A stretch of DNA of 64,000 nt, from NCBI GenBank assembly GCA_964016885.1, contig OZ024746.1, forward strand, positions 11,098,001 to 11,162,000. Reading direction: 5' to 3'. Of the stretch, positions 1-12,785 are shown piece after piece. Position 1 is the first letter of the stretch. The number at the start of each line of letters is the position of its first letter. The position numbers and the translations under genes were made by a program. This DNA is from Eledone cirrhosa. Lineage: Eukaryota. The notes beneath the pieces were generated by a model. The model ran no database searches. It was given only the letters and a program-made list of their open reading frames with translations, and was not told the DNA's origin.

Positions 1-1554
1 GATGCAGTGGCTACGGTTGGACACCTTTTTATAATAGTTCTTGACAACCAAATCTGATTAAAGATGAACATCAACAATGACAACATCAATGACAGTTACT
101 GTAAAGCGGTTAATATGAGAAAGAAAGATAAAAGCAAAATTAAGTAATGAAAAAATGAGAAAGGGGTAAAGAAAGGCAAATCTGACTGTATGGGAAAGTA
201 GAGGAAAGGACTATGAAAGCCATTAATGAGAGGAAAAGGAGGGGGGCAAGCAAGGACTCAAAGGTCACAGAATAAAGAGAAGGGGAAGGGGGAAGTTGAT
301 GGGTTCTGGGTCCGGTGGAGTTGGGGCTCTGCCAATCCCTAATAATGCTTCTAAACAAGGAAGTTTGTTATCATTTCATCTAATATGAAGTCTAAAACAC
401 AAATAACAATACAAGATGTTTGAAGGTAGAATCAAAAGGTGGCGGTTTTAAGAAGACTAGTCTGTTATAAGTTATTGCATAAGGGAAGTCATTTAGCATG
501 TCTCTAGATGACTTTTTTCAGTTAATAAGAACTTACCTTAATGCTATTATAATATTAGGATAGATATATCGTCCATCTAGCCATAAAGAACAACTTGGAA
601 TGCAAACTATCCCAGCTACGCATATTTTTAACGCGAAGCAATTACGAAAGAAGAAAGTAAGGGAAGTTGCTGAGGTTAATAGAACTAAGTTTGACAAATG
701 TGTATACCACAGTAACAATAGTCTGGAAGACATCAATCATCTGTAACATATAGAACATCCTCAAAATACCACGACAGCAAAATAAAATTGTATTTGCTTC
801 TATTTGAAATAAATCAGCGAAGAATGAATGCAACTTAATCTCAGCTCATAACAAGGTTCACTGATGATTTTAATTTGTTTAGTCTACAGCTAGAAGACTG
901 ATCATTTACAAGTTTTTAATAAACCTACTGGTTTAATATTATCAGTGATCAATCATATAGTTAACAAGCGCAAAACAAACAGGGGTTCCTGATTTATGGA
1001 CACTTATTGTTCTACTGTACTCTGTTGCAGAAACGGTCGATATAAATGGATTAACGAATACGGTACACAGAGTACGAAAAAACCTTTATTTTGCAGTGAG
1101 GTGGGGGTGATATTGTCAGTTCTAATATAAACGTTACATATTTAAATATCTAATTGTTTCAAGGTGTTAATGTCCTTCATATCTATATCTACTCAGTATG
1201 AATATTTATTTATGTTCATACTTATAAAGGCCATAAGTAGTTCTAGCGCTAGCAATAGGGGTACCCAATTCAAAATGTATTTAATAATTAAGAAAGAAGG
1301 AAACAATGCTCCAGATCTAGGTGTTCAAATGCCGTCGAAGTCAAGTCTATCTTTCATCATTTCAACGTCAATATAGTACCAGTTCAATACTGAGGTCGAT
1401 TCTTTTACATATCTTTCTCGCTTTTCTTTCATTCTCTATTTCTCTGGAATAACTCAGTTGTGTTACGACCTAGAGAAATATGCACTCCACCAAGTTTAAC
1501 ACGACGGCGGCACCCCTACGACTCCATTGGGAGTTAAGAGGTTATGTTTATCCT

Positions 1555-1945
1555 TGGATTGGCAGTATCGGTAGAGGGTCGGACGCCATGCTTTGACGCA
1601 TAGAGTTACGGCCCTTGCCATTCTGAGTTCAAATCCCGCCGAGGTTAATTTTGCCTTTCATCCTTACGGGGTCGATAAAATAAAGTACCAGTAATGCACT
1701 GGGTAATTGCTGGCCTTGTGCCAAATGTAGAAACAATTATTACGTTTATTAAGGGCGGTGGATTGGCAGTATTGGTAGAGGGTCGGACGCCATGCTTTGC
1801 AGCAAAGAGTTACGTCTCTTTATGGTCTGAGTTCAAATCCTGCCGAAGTTAACTTTGCCTTTCATCCTTACGGGGTCGATAAAATAAAGTACCAGTAATG
1901 CACTGGGCAATTGCTGACCTTGTGCCAAAAGTAGAAACAATTATT
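1555..1945 (+). mobile_element. Two tandem copies of the dominant tRNA-derived SINE
   Basis: A box tggcagtatcgg, B box gagttcaaatcc, body gcctttcatccttacggggtcgataaaataaagtaccag and (tta) tail. ttacgtttattaa is duplicated around the second copy. Confidence 0.9.
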
Positions 1946-3859
1946 ACGTTTATTAATGGTCATTTTAGAGAAGATCTGGAATTAGCTTAGCAAAGAAAAC
2001 AGATATACTGTAAGAAAACAGAGTAATGTACCCAAAAGTTTCTGCGATAAAATACGCCTCAGAGCGACATGCAAACCTTTCTACAGGAATTTATGTTATT
2101 AACTACAGTGTTTTGTTCGTGATGCAATTGAATGGAAAATCGCATAACAAAGAACTAATAAGGTAATTATATAGAAGATTCCTAATTTAAAGGAAAGCTG
2201 CAATTAGTATATTCAAAATGACAATAGAGAATTACTATTACATATAAAATATGCCAACACTATTTAAGAGCGGATAATAAATTATAGGTATAAATAACCT
2301 GGATGGTTGTGTCACTGTATGGGGAAAGTGATAACATCTTAATATGCTGAACTATATTCTTATTCTCATAGCAGAGAAAGTTGTACACGGCTGGACTTAA
2401 ACCAACAGTGAACTAGATACAGTACTTATCTCGCTGATATTTTGTTAAATTGTTTGAAGTAGTGAATAACAAACCCGGACGTATTGAATAAAAGTGGTAT
2501 GTAGGTATATAGAAAGGAAGACAAGTAAAATTAATTATACAAAGAAAGATGATGGCGGAAGAGAAATAGAATAAGAATGCACTTAGTAACAGTTAGTGAC
2601 AAACAGAAACAATGTATGTGTGAGATAGAGAGAGAGAGGTAGGTGACAGAGGTAGGGAGAGTAGAGAGGGGGAATAAGAGTGGGGAGAGAAAGTTCAATT
2701 TAAAACAAAGACAAATTGAAATAGATGAGAAGAGTAGGAAATATAGAAATATGGATTGAATAAGGTTTGAAATGAAACCAATGAGAGAATAACAAAAACA
2801 AAAACGATAATTACATAAAAATAATGATTTCTTTAAGGAAGAAAGAAAGAAAGAAAGAATGGAAGAAAAGAATGAACGAAATAACGAAGAGAAAATGTAA
2901 ACACATCGATACAAAAAATGAAAAACAGATAGAGAGGAAAGAATAGGTTTCTAGGAGGATTGATAGGAGAAAACAATAGAAACTAGAGAGCGAGGGAGAA
3001 GAGAGAGAAAGATAAGTGGAAAATAACCAGAAATTTCAAATTGTGGGGAATAAAGATAAAGTAATAAGATAGATATACAGAATTGATGGAAAGGGGAAAG
3101 AAAGTAAAGAGACGACAAAGGGGAAAGGTAAAAAGAAATAGAAAAAAGTGCAAAATGAACGATTTTATTAGGGAAAGTGAATATATGTTAAAACACAAAT
3201 CTCAAATACAAGAATATTTTTCAGACTATATCTATTTTGAAGGATTGCGAATTTTCAAATAGGTATTCTTCAAAAGGTAAATTATTTCGGTGTAATGTAA
3301 CACGTTCTTCAAGAAATGATCAACCAGCCACTCATCAAGTAAAGACAACGAAAGATTCGTTTGAAATCATTGTCATTGAATTTCAAAGCCGTCGTGTCAG
3401 CTGTGGTTATCCAGGTTAGTTTCAGTAGCTTATTGCAGTGAATAGCCATTTGATGTGTTTATAAAGGAGAGACAAACGCTCAGAAGGAACAAAGAAATCT
3501 CTGCAATTTGTTAAGAACGTTTAATATCACCTGCGACCCGTTCTCTAGCAGAACAGCTCAGCCGAGAAAGTTAGGGTTGGATAACATCCAAGAGCTTGGA
3601 TGATCTTGCTTGGGGATCAAGCTGGATCAGTTGGAGATGGTTGCTTCTGACAGGACTTGCTGGAAGGAGTGTTTGAGGACTCTGCCCCCACGACCCTCTC
3701 AGGAATGAGTGCGAGAAGACGTTTAATATCTAAAATGTGCGCAGATATGACCGAGTGATTAATAAGTTGGCTTTCCATTCCTTGATTCTGGTTCCAAATC
3801 TTCTTCCAAAAACCTTTGGCAACTGCATATCCCAATGAAATTATCTTTCCTGTCTTTGG

Positions 3860-4020
3860 CCATTGTCGCTCGCCATTGTCCATGGGAATGCTTTTGCGGT
3901 CTTGTCCGCGGGGTGCAGCCTCAATACCGCCGCGCCCTAGGACTAGAGCTCATCACTAACCCCTTTCCTCTCCCATTCTTCTGAGATCCTAGAGCCCTTG
4001 CCTTCCTTTTCCGTTTTTAA
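3860..4020 (+). mobile_element. CRE-like LINE 3' remnant
   Basis: Translates SLAIVHGNAFAVLSAG, homologous to the end of the 11160 fragment. Confidence 0.5.
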
Positions 4021-4593
4021 TTATTAATAAAGACATTTAAATTGAAAATAAATTTATACTAAGTATAAAAATTCATTTTCTATGTAAAATTGATTTATAA
4101 TGTCTTGTAACTATCTTACAATTCTATATACGTTGATTTCACACAGTGTCTGTCTGGGCGAGGTAAATCGTAGTGAGATTATTTCCTAGTAAAGGTCATA
4201 AACATAAAATGATACCCCACTGATTCGAACTAGAATCTCAAAGTTGGCGTACCAAGAGCATAGCAGTTTTCTCTTTACAATGATAGTAACTTGTAAAGTA
4301 GAACGAGAAAGAATGCCTTTGTTGCATCATACTGCAGAAAGAAGAAACAAGTAACAAAAAACAACGCTAACACGATATATTCATTAATGCATTATATCAA
4401 TAACGTCAACATAATATAATAGAAAATAAAATTGAAGAAAATAATATACATATATATATATATATGCATATATACATATATATATATTATTTTCTCATAT
4501 ATATATAAATATATATATATATGCACACACACATTATTCTCATATACATATATACCTACACAATTCTCATATACATACATTATTTTCACACAG

Positions 4594-4624
<31 letters not shown>

Positions 4625-5816
4625 CATTATTTTCTCATAAGACATTACAATAAATAGTAAATAAACTTAAGAAAATTAACAAAGGGAAGTCAAGAAAACG
4701 AAAACAATACAAAAGGAAAAGCAATGTTTTAAGAGGAAACCTTAAAAAATTCTTTGAAAAGAAATAAAAATACAGACGAAGGACACAGAACTCCGGGGTC
4801 ATCGGCAGTTGAGATCTATTTTAGCAGTTTCGACCCCTACCAACGGTATTGCTGGTCCACTCGGGGTCACAGCGTCTGACATGAGCCAAACGCTGTCCAG
4901 TGGAGTAACAGATGCGCAGCAAAACATTAATTTATAGCAATTAAGCTAATAACACATAGAATTTGTGTGACGTCAGGGAAAAGGTTTGGTGCCTCACATA
5001 GCACGAGACATGAATGAAAGAAAGAAAAACAAGAAGAAGAAGAAAGATATCGTGTTCAAAATTATAAACCATTGTAATAAAAGGGTAGGGAGAAGCGTTA
5101 GGCTCATGGAGTTTTGTGTCCTTCGTTTGTATTATTTTTGAAAATAGTCTTTAAGGTTTCCCCTTAAAAAATTGTTTATCGTTTTGCTTCCGTTCGTTGT
5201 CTTGACTTCTCTGTATATATACATAAAGTGTCTTGTTCAAGGACACAATGCATCGCCTGGTCTAAGAATTAAACTCGCAGCCTCACGATTGCGAATCCAG
5301 CTCTCTAACCACTAAGCCACGTGCCTTCACACACAGACACACACACACATCTATATATATATACACACGCACATATATATATACACACACACACACAAAC
5401 ACACAAAATAATGCTGGTTAAGGGAAATTATTTTATACAAAAAAATGAGTACGAACTCGAGCATTTTTAAATATTAAATTACAAAGAAAAAAAGCCAAAT
5501 TGATATTAAAAAAAAAAAACAGAATACTTAAAAAAGAGGAAGTCTGTTTTGAAGAATTGTGAAAATATAATTTACTTTACCACATTCTTATTTTATGTTA
5601 ACAATGTTTGTTGATAACATTGAAATATTCAGAGAGAAATAGAATCAAGAAAAAATATCATTATAATATATATATATATGTTTATATATATACATCTATA
5701 TATATGTATATATATATATCTGTATATATATATACATCTATATATATGTATATATATATATCTGTATATATATATACATCTATATATATGTATATATATC
5801 TGTATATATATATACA

Positions 5817-5868
<52 letters not shown>

Positions 5869-6099
5869 GAAACACGCAGATACATGCGGACACACACATA
5901 TATACATGAATGCATCCGCACCCAACTGCGAGTTAAGGGTGCCAACTTCACCGATGTTGCTCAATGAATGACTGGGACAGACCAATTCAGTTTGAACCAG
6001 ACTGAACCAGTATCAGAGTTAAAAATACATTATGAAGAGAGAAGAAACATTTAGATATAATTGGTAATAAAATGTATCATACCTAAACTGCTCCTAAAT

Positions 6100-6187
6100 T
6101 CCTCGACTACGTAGTTTCGTGGCATAAACAAAAACAATATATCAAAGATATAGAGTCCTTGCGAGGTCTGCCAACTTATCAAGAGGA
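6100..6187 (-). ncRNA. Type I hammerhead ribozyme, U3-A8 core variant (copy 1)
   Basis: Minus strand: UCCUC UUGAUAA GUUGGCA...UGCCAC GAAA CUACGUAG UC GAGGA. Stem I 5 bp, stem II 6 bp with a bulge, palindromic stem III, GUC cleavage triplet. Confidence 0.75.
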
Positions 6188-6690
6188 TACCTCATTTTAC
6201 TAGTCTCAAGAACGCGTCTACACGACGTGAGAAAGAATCCCAAAAGGCGGAGGGGGAGATAGTCACGCGATATAACGGTCGAGAAACAGAGCTAAGCCTC
6301 CTATAACCACGAAGAAAATACCACGGAGGCGGAGGGGGTATTCATATCGAGGCCGTAGAAGAGGTAGTGAAGAAGGCGAGAAGTACGAGTAATGGAAGCT
6401 TTCCAGTTGTCCCCACACTTCAAAGATTGCTCGACCAGAGGGAGTTATTAATATATTTAGAAACACACAGATACATGCGGACACACACATATATACATGA
6501 ATGCATCCGCACCCAACTGCGAGTTAAGGGTGCCAACTTCACCGATGTTGCTCAATGAATGACTGGGACAGACCAATTCAGTTTGAACCAGACTGAACCA
6601 GTATCAGAGTTAAAAATACATTATGAAGAGAGAAGAAACATTTAGATATAATTGGTAATAAAATGTATCATACCTAAACTGCTCCTAAAT

Positions 6691-6778
6691 TCCTCGACTA
6701 CGTAGTTTCGTGGCATAAACAAAAACAATATATCAAAGATATAGAGTCCTTGCGAGGTCTGCCAACTTATCAAGAGGA
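6691..6778 (-). ncRNA. Type I hammerhead ribozyme, U3-A8 core variant (copy 2)
   Basis: Identical to 6100-6187, shifted by 591. A third half copy (GAAA, stem III, GUC) lies at 7282-7306. Confidence 0.75.
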
Positions 6779-7595
6779 TACCTCATTTTACTAGTCTCAA
6801 GAACGCGTCTACACGACGTGAGAAAGAATCCCAAAAGGCGGAGGGGGAGATAGTCACGCGATATAACGGTCGAGAAACAGAGCTAAGCCTCCTATAACCA
6901 CGAAGAAAATACCACGGAGGCGGAGGGGGTATTCATATCGAGGCCGTAGAAGAGGTAGTGAAGAAGGCGAGAAGTACGAGTAATGGAAGCTTTCCAGTTG
7001 TCCCCACACTTCAAAGATTGCTCGACCAGAGGGAGTTATTAATATATTTAGAAACACACAGATACATGCGGACACACACATATATACATGAATGCATCCG
7101 CACCCAACTGCGAGTTAAGGGTGCCAACTTCACCGATGTTGCTCAATGAATGACTGGGACAGACCAATTCAGTTTGAACCAGACTGAACCAGTATCAGAG
7201 TTAAAAATACATTATGAAGAGAGAAGAAACATTTAGATATAATTGGTAATAAAATGTATCATACCTAAACTGCTCCTAAATTCCTCGACTACGTAGTTTC
7301 GTGGCATAAACAAAAACAATATATCAAAGCATAGCGCGGAGATCGAGTGCAACATACAATGCATATCGTATAGCACACGATATACATCACATACAACACA
7401 CAACATCCACGCGAGCTTTCTGTAAATCCAAGATCGACAAATTCCGCTTGTAGGGGTCTGCAAGTTAATGGTCTTTGACGACAGAACAAAGGATTTCCTT
7501 CTTCAACAAGTCTTGTGTTCTTTAGCCTCTGTGGGTATGTTCTATCAGTAAATTTCGCTATAGACACGTGGTTTTCTCCAAGGGAGGTAACCCCC

Positions 7596-7598
<3 letters not shown>

Positions 7599-7663
<65 letters not shown>

Positions 7664-8026
7664 GTACATACACACACGCATATATACATACATACACACA
7701 TATATATACATATATATATATATACACACACACATATATATACATACACACACACATATATATACCTACACATACACATATATATACATACACACACACA
7801 CATATATATATACATACACACATATATATATACATACACATACATATATATATATATACATACACATATATATATACATACACACACACATATATATATA
7901 TGCATACACACATGTATATATACATACACATACATATATATATACATACACATATATATATATATACATACGCACACACACACACACACACACACACGTG
8001 TGTGTGTGTGTGCGTGTGTGTGTGCG
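7599..8026. repeat. Compound (TA)n/(CA)n/(TG)n microsatellite
   Basis: Read directly. Many similar tracts occur, e.g. 23569-23677, 28450-28640, 32185-32396, 37163-37470, 39264-39465 and 56469-56755. Confidence 0.95.
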
Positions 8027-8527
8027 TGTGTCACTTTTGAGCTGGCTTTTGGGAGGCTCCCATACAGCTCTGAGTTTTCCATCCTCAGTGTATACTGATT
8101 AATGTTCAGAGCCATCCTCAGCATTCTCGTGTAGCGCCCATCCACCATCTGAGTGAGTTTCTTGGTCAGTGTCCAAGTCTCAGACCCGTACAGCAGCACA
8201 GACTCCACTACAGCAATGAAGAGGCGGATTTTCAGGTCTTTACGAAGGTCCGACTTCCACACCGATCTCAAGTGACACAGAGGAGACTGAGGTTAGCTGG
8301 ACATGCTCACCAACATCCAGAGTTGACATTGCACTCAGTGCTCCTGTGGGAGCCCCTACATGGACACACTGGAAGAGGAAGACCAAAGTTAACGTATGTT
8401 GATGCCCTAAGGACAGACACTGGTCTGTTGGAGACGCAGGACATGGCAGCGATAATGAGGGACAGAGACAGCTGGAGAGAACTCGTCCATGGATCTCGGG
8501 AATTTTACCCGCCCTAGATAGATAGAT
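8027..8527. mobile_element. RTE-clade LINE 3' fragment with an inverted 5' part
   Basis: Minus 8271-8027 encodes [33 protein letters not shown]; plus 8272-8517 continues [28 protein letters not shown]. Ends in a (TAGA)n tail. Confidence 0.88.
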
Positions 8528-8682
8528 ATATATATATGTGTGTTGTGTGTGTGTGCGTGAACATATATGTATCAGAGGGGAGAGATAATGAAATATGTCT
8601 ATCTTTATATCACTCGTTCTAACTTCTAACTCATCTTCATGCCTGACTATCAGTTAATACCACTATGTCTGTCTTTTTCGGT

Positions 8683-9185
8683 ATGTATGTATATATGTAT
8701 ATATATATATGTATATATATGTATGTATATATATTTATGTATATATATATATATGTATATATTTATGTATATATATATATGTATGTATATATGTATGTAT
8801 ATATGTATGTATATGTATGTATATATGTATATATATGTATGTATATATGTATGTATATATGTATATGTATATATGTATATATATGTATGTATATATGTAT
8901 ATATATATGTATGTATACATGTATGTATATATGTATGTATATATGTATGTATATATGTATGTATATATGTATGTATATGTATGTATATATGTATATATGT
9001 ATGTATATATGTATGTATATATATATATGTATGTATGTATATATATGTATGTATATATGTATGTATATCTGTATGTATATATGTATGTATGTATATGTAT
9101 GTATATGTATGTATATATGTATGTATATGTATGTATATATGTATGTATATATGTATGTATATATCTATGTATATATGTATGTGTT
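8683..9185. repeat. Degenerate (TATG)n/(TA)n tract
   Basis: Read directly. Confidence 0.95.
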
Positions 9186-10069
9186 TATGTAACATAATTC
9201 AAAATGATTGGCTGTCATCAGACTTCAATTCCCTGTAGTGTAATATCTCTGGTGAGAAAATGCTTCGCCTCACTCAATGACTTCGCTACATGACAAGGAA
9301 CCTTGATGTCTTTGAAACCAGTTCTTGCATATATCATAAATCCAATATATACTTGTCGTTATAAATTGATTCTCGCTTCTCCACCTCCCCGCACACACAA
9401 ACTTCAGTTGCCAATCTGGATTCAAAAAAGCCGCTTATGATCGAAATAACGATTTATGAACTTTTTTTTTTTTCATTTCCCCCACTCCTTTCGCAAGTCA
9501 AGTCAATAGCAGTAATATTGGATATCAAATGAAAAAGAAAAAAGTATACACTAAAAACACATTAATTAAATGTCTGATCGATTATGAATGATAGAGATAT
9601 GAAATAACTGAAGTTATCTTGTTTATAAGTAGTGCATTATATGTATGTTTGATTCTCCAGTCAGTAAGAATATTGAAAAAATACTTCTTTTTTTTCATAT
9701 TTATTATCCTTTACCATTTTTCTTTTATAGGTAAAAGAAGGAAAGATGTAAATTCTGTTCTAACATCATTTTCCCTATTTTCCCTATTATAAACACGAGA
9801 AATATAATTTTTTTCTTGTAGTATACATGTGAGATGTTCTCTCGTTGGTTTGATTGTCTTGATCAGGGTCGACCCCGAGCAATCAACGTCTTACAATCTG
9901 TGCAACCTTCTACAACTTCCTCCAGCTATCATCATTTTTATACCAGCTTTCCTTTAAATCTTTCGAGGAATGCAAGAATTAAAACCCATTTATATGCTGA
10001 CCAGGCTACTATAACCACCTTCTAGAAATTCATGACATTGAAAATGCTAGAAATGAATTATTATATTCT

Positions 10070-10115
<46 letters not shown>

Positions 10116-10120
<5 letters not shown>

Positions 10121-10747
10121 TCGAAGCATGTGGTTATATGACAGTTTCCCATTTCTTTACACATTCCTTTACATAATTATTAAATTCTGCGAGATCTTTT
10201 AAGCTGCACTGGTTGGGTAGTAGAGGGCAAACAAGGCAGTGCTGCATTGTATGGTCTTCCTCTCTGCATTCGCAGATGGTTTGGCCGGTCTTGTAGCTAA
10301 TACTATCTAGAAGGAGCAACGTGAAATAAAGTGTCTTGCTCAAGCACATAACGCATCGCCTGGTCCAGGAGCAAGACACTTTATTTCACGTTGCTCCTTC
10401 TAGATAGTATTAGCTACAAGACCGGCCAAACCATCTGCGAATGCAGAGAGGAAGACCATACAATGCAGCACTGCCTTGTTTGCCCTCTACTACCCAACCA
10501 GTGCAGCTTAAAAGATCTCGCAGAATTTAATAATAATTGTTTCTACTTTAGGCACAAGGCCAGCAATTACCCAGTACATTACTGGTACTTTATTTTATCG
10601 ACCCCGTAAGGATGAAAGGCAAAGTTAACCTCGGCTGGATTTGAACTCAGACTGTAAAGGGACGTAACTATGCTAGAATTTAATAATAATGCAAAGGAAT
10701 GTGTAAAGAAATGGGAAACTGTCATATAACCACATGCTTCGAAGATA
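10116..10747. repeat. Foldback inverted duplication (226-bp arms, 27-nt loop) of a LINE 3' end and CORE-SINE junction
   Basis: 10116-10341 is the reverse complement of 10369-10747 once the SINE at 10538-10674 is removed. Both arms encode CECREEDHTMQHCLVCP, a LINE C-terminal zinc knuckle. Confidence 0.9.
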
Positions 10748-11159
10748 CGAAAAGAGGAAGCAATTAGAAAGACCAACGGATACATTGTTCCCTCGGTCCG
10801 ATTTGACGAAAGTCGATCGACTGTCGATATATATACTAGAGACATTAGAAACAGATGGATGTGTATTTATTGAAACTAGTTCGTTCTTCCCTTTTTCCTT
10901 TAACCCTTCCCAGATCTATAACACCAGTATCATTAATACACTCAGGTAAGGCCCAAAATATTAGGGTCGCTTGAGCGTCGAATAGAACGCCTTGTGTTAT
11001 TTGTTCCGCTTCTCTACATTCTGATTTAAAATTATCCTGGAGAGGTCTTCCAGTCTTTCGGATTCAATGCATGAAGTAGCAGCTCTGTGTGATAGATTTG
11101 TGGAATTATTAGAGTTTTAGGCAAGGTGCTTATTGTATCTGTTCTGACACTTTTCAATC

Positions 11160-11480
11160 TGATGGCTAGACATGTGAGGTCTACTGCGCTTCGGGCCGAG
11201 GAGGGAAAACTCTCCAAGTACAGGTCGCTCTCCGACAAGTTTGCAGTCGTGCCCTTAGCAGTGGAGACTTCTGATGTCCTTGACCCTAGGACTACCTCCC
11301 TACTTACCACCATAGACGCTGAGCTGGCCAGCTGCAGGTGTGGGCCTCGCGAGATGGAATGGCTCTTCCAGCGCATCTCCCTTACCATCCTCAGGGGAAA
11401 CACCGTCTCCATTCTGTCTGCTGGGGCTGTTGGGCGGCCAACACGTGGGACCCCATTTTCTCATAATACAGAGAGATAGG
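11160..11480 (+). mobile_element. CRE-like (REL endonuclease) non-LTR retrotransposon 3' fragment
   Basis: KLSKY..FAVVPLAVETSDVL..WLFQRISLTILRGNTVSILSAG motif. Confidence 0.7.
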
Positions 11481-11745
11481 GAGGCCAAGAGAGATGGAGG
11501 CGATGACAGTGGGAGTCCAGCTCTTCCGTGTTCGGACACATTGGTAAGCACTTAGCATATAAAAAATACACACACATATATACAGAAAGATTTCCTCTCA
11601 CTACCTGATGCCGAACTGAATTGGCCTTTCACTTGGACAGCTTTGCTGGACTATATCGTCTATGGCTGCATATATCTATGAGTCAGTTGTGTAATTATTA
11701 CGAAATTTAAGACAGTACGATTTCATGGTGTCTGTAGTAGTGATG

Positions 11746-12286
11746 GTTGCTGCTTCTCTTGCTGTGGTCTATGTTGCTGCTGCTTCTGTCGCTGCTTCTG
11801 CTGCTGGTGTTTCTACTGCTGCTTCTGTTGCTGGTGTCTCTGTTGCCGCTTCTGTTGCTGGTGTTTGTACTGCTGCTTCTGTTGCTGCTGCTTCTGTCGC
11901 TGATGCTTGTGTTGCTGCTTCAATTGCCGCTTCTGTTGCTGGTGTTTGTACTGTTGCTTCTGTTGCTGCTGCTTCTGTCGCTGATGCTTGTGTTGCTGCT
12001 TCAATTGCCGCTTCTGTTGCTGGTGTCTCTGTTGCTGCTTCTGTTGCTGCTTCTGTTGCTGCTTCTGTTGCTGCTGTCTCTGTTGCTGCTTCTGTTGCTG
12101 GTGTCTCTGTTGCTGCTTCTGTCGCTGCTTCTGTTGCTGCTTCTGTTGCTGGTGTCTCTGTTGCTGCTTCTGTTGCTGCTTCTGTTGCTGGTGTCTCTGT
12201 TGCTGCTTCTGTTGCTGGTGTCTCTGTTGCTGCTTCTGTCGCTGCTTCTGTTGCTGGTATTTGTGCTGCTGCTTCTGTTGCTGGTG
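11746..12286. repeat. Triplet-phased GCT/GTT/TCT-rich degenerate tandem repeat
   Basis: 12-nt and 15-nt modules (gttgctgcttct, gttgctggtgtctct). Open as VAAS/VAGVS on + and as TEAA/TETPA on -. Confidence 0.85.
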
Positions 12287-12569
12287 ATTGTGGTGGATTT
12301 CAGGCGATTACTTCATTACTGTTGACAGGAAATTGAAGTTTGAAATGTGGGAACAGGCTGTGGGGCGGGGAGGGGGAGGTGTATTAAAACTAAATTTAAA
12401 AAAGTTTCCTTTCAAATTCAATACAACTTCCGGCATTGGGAGGTACAAAGATTATTAACTATTCTTTAATCTTTTTTCTATGGGGTTCCAAGAAAAGACA
12501 CTACTGCAGCTGTTGCTGCTGCTGCTGCTGTTGTTATTATTAATACTACTAATAGTAAAAGGCGAAAGG

Positions 12570-12785
12570 TTTCTTATGTAGGCACAAGGCCAGCAATTTT
12601 CGGGGAGGGGAAATTCGTTAAAATTTACCCCAGTACGTGACTGGTACTTTATTTTATCGACTCCGTAAGGATGAAAGGCAAAGTTAACCTCGGTGGGATT
12701 TGAACCCAGAAGGTAAAGGGCCCTAACTCTATGCTTCAAAGCTTGATGTCCGACCCTCTACCGATACTACCAATCCACGACCCCT
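12570..12785 (-). mobile_element. tRNA-derived SINE, long variant
   Basis: Reverse complement of the family consensus. Confidence 0.85.

Larger units (their letters stand above)
5860..7329 (-). mobile_element. 591-bp tandem repeat (~2.5 units) with one hammerhead ribozyme per unit; retrozyme or Penelope-derived non-autonomous element
   Basis: Near-identical units with period 591 (identical ORF-track entries at 6263/6854 and 6367/6958). Flanked by (TA)n, with an HHR motif on the minus strand. Confidence 0.8.

Noticed and set aside
4790-4885. HHR-like GACCCC..GGGGUC-GAAAC hairpin on the minus strand
   Set aside because: No correctly placed CUGANGA, and stems I and III cannot be closed.
6263-7149. 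Short ORFs inside the 591-bp repeat
   Set aside because: 63-75 aa with non-ATG starts and no recognisable domain; the unit is better explained as non-coding RNA.
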